Source: Bilabrum cf. latius (Eukaryota). From it: 64,000 nucleotides of DNA. The notes beneath the pieces were generated by a model. The model was not told where the DNA came from. It worked only from the letters and a program-made list of their open reading frames with translations, and ran no database searches. The stretch spans positions 744,001 to 808,000 of the forward strand of contig OZ237762.1 in assembly GCA_965178125.1 (NCBI GenBank). Reading direction: 5' to 3'. Below, piece after piece: positions 63,292 to 64,000 of the stretch. Position 1 is the stretch's first letter. Each line of letters starts with the position of its first letter. The translations under genes and the position numbers were made by a program.

Positions 63292-64000
63292 ATGGCTGGT
63301 ATGGCGCAGCCACAGGGAAACCCAGCCAATGATGGGGGTGTAGATCCAGCTCCTCCACCGTAGATCGAAATCGACGACCAAAGCCAAGCTCGAAAATGCG
63401 CGTTTCCGATCGGTTTTGCTCTGTATGCAATTGTTTCTATTTTGGCGGCTATCGCGGTAGTATTCAACGCACTGGAAACCAGGGAGCAGTTTTACCCGGC
63501 CATAGTTCATCTTGCTACAAATAAGATCAACGTGGCGGTGAGTCACAGCAAAACTACCTGCCATCGTTCGTCCGATCCGGCGGCATCTTCACACGGCGTT
63601 GAACTCCGTATCCCTTCTTCACCTTTCGCAGGTGCTGGGCAACCTTGGCCTTGTGTTTCTCATTTCGACTGGCTTCATGTTTATGCTAATGTTTTTTGGT
63701 CGCATGGAGGACAAGGAGGTCACCCGCATCAACGATTCGGTGCCATACTACGCGTTTGAGATAATATTTGCCCTGACAGTGTTCCGGGAGGAGCTGTCGA
63801 CGCGCGTGATAAGTCTCTTTGCAGTGATGCTAATGAGTCGCGTCTTCCACGTCCTAGCAGAGGCCCGTGTGGACGTGCTCCAGGTGTACAGCCTCCACGA
63901 CATCTGGTGGGTGCACGTGCGGCTGGTCTTTGCCCTGCTCTTCCTGCTGGGCGCGGACGCGTTTCTGTGCACGGTATTCACGTCCTTCGTGATGCAGATG
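63292..64000 (+). CDS. HRD1: ERAD E3 ligase HRD1/synoviolin, N-terminal TM region (partial)
   Basis: REQFYPAIVHLATNKINVAVLGN...FFG...E..FALTVFREE. Intron 63538-63631. One in-frame TAG at 63361. Confidence 0.8.

Overview
GC-rich eukaryotic DNA with short GT-AG introns. An axonemal dynein LC4-like gene suggests a flagellated protist, possibly a stramenopile, but the taxon is inferred. The key observation is a non-standard nuclear genetic code. TAG is used as a sense codon, most likely Gln, in housekeeping genes, in a paralog family and in resident transposons. All seven host genes whose 3' end I could follow stop at TGA, and I saw no in-frame TAA. This is why the standard-code ORF track is fragmented. 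Positions 1-56.7 kb hold a cluster of six roughly 2,000-aa multi-TM/TPR/PAS (TmcB/TmcC-like) paralogs, one truncated, with a near-identical core and swapped N- and C-terminal modules. The cluster includes a segmental duplication (1-10.6 kb vs 28.1-34.5 kb). It is interspersed with mobile DNA: a head-to-tail Helitron-like dimer, RLE-type non-LTR retrotransposons, and a hAT transposon. The hAT is interrupted by an 8.1-kb split-direct-repeat (Ngaro-type) element that shares a 7-bp core with its target and contains the 3' end of a second tyrosine-recombinase element. Positions 57-64 kb are compact housekeeping genes: dynein LC4-like, NOC4, a kelch protein and HRD1. All coordinates were read by eye and no database searches were run.
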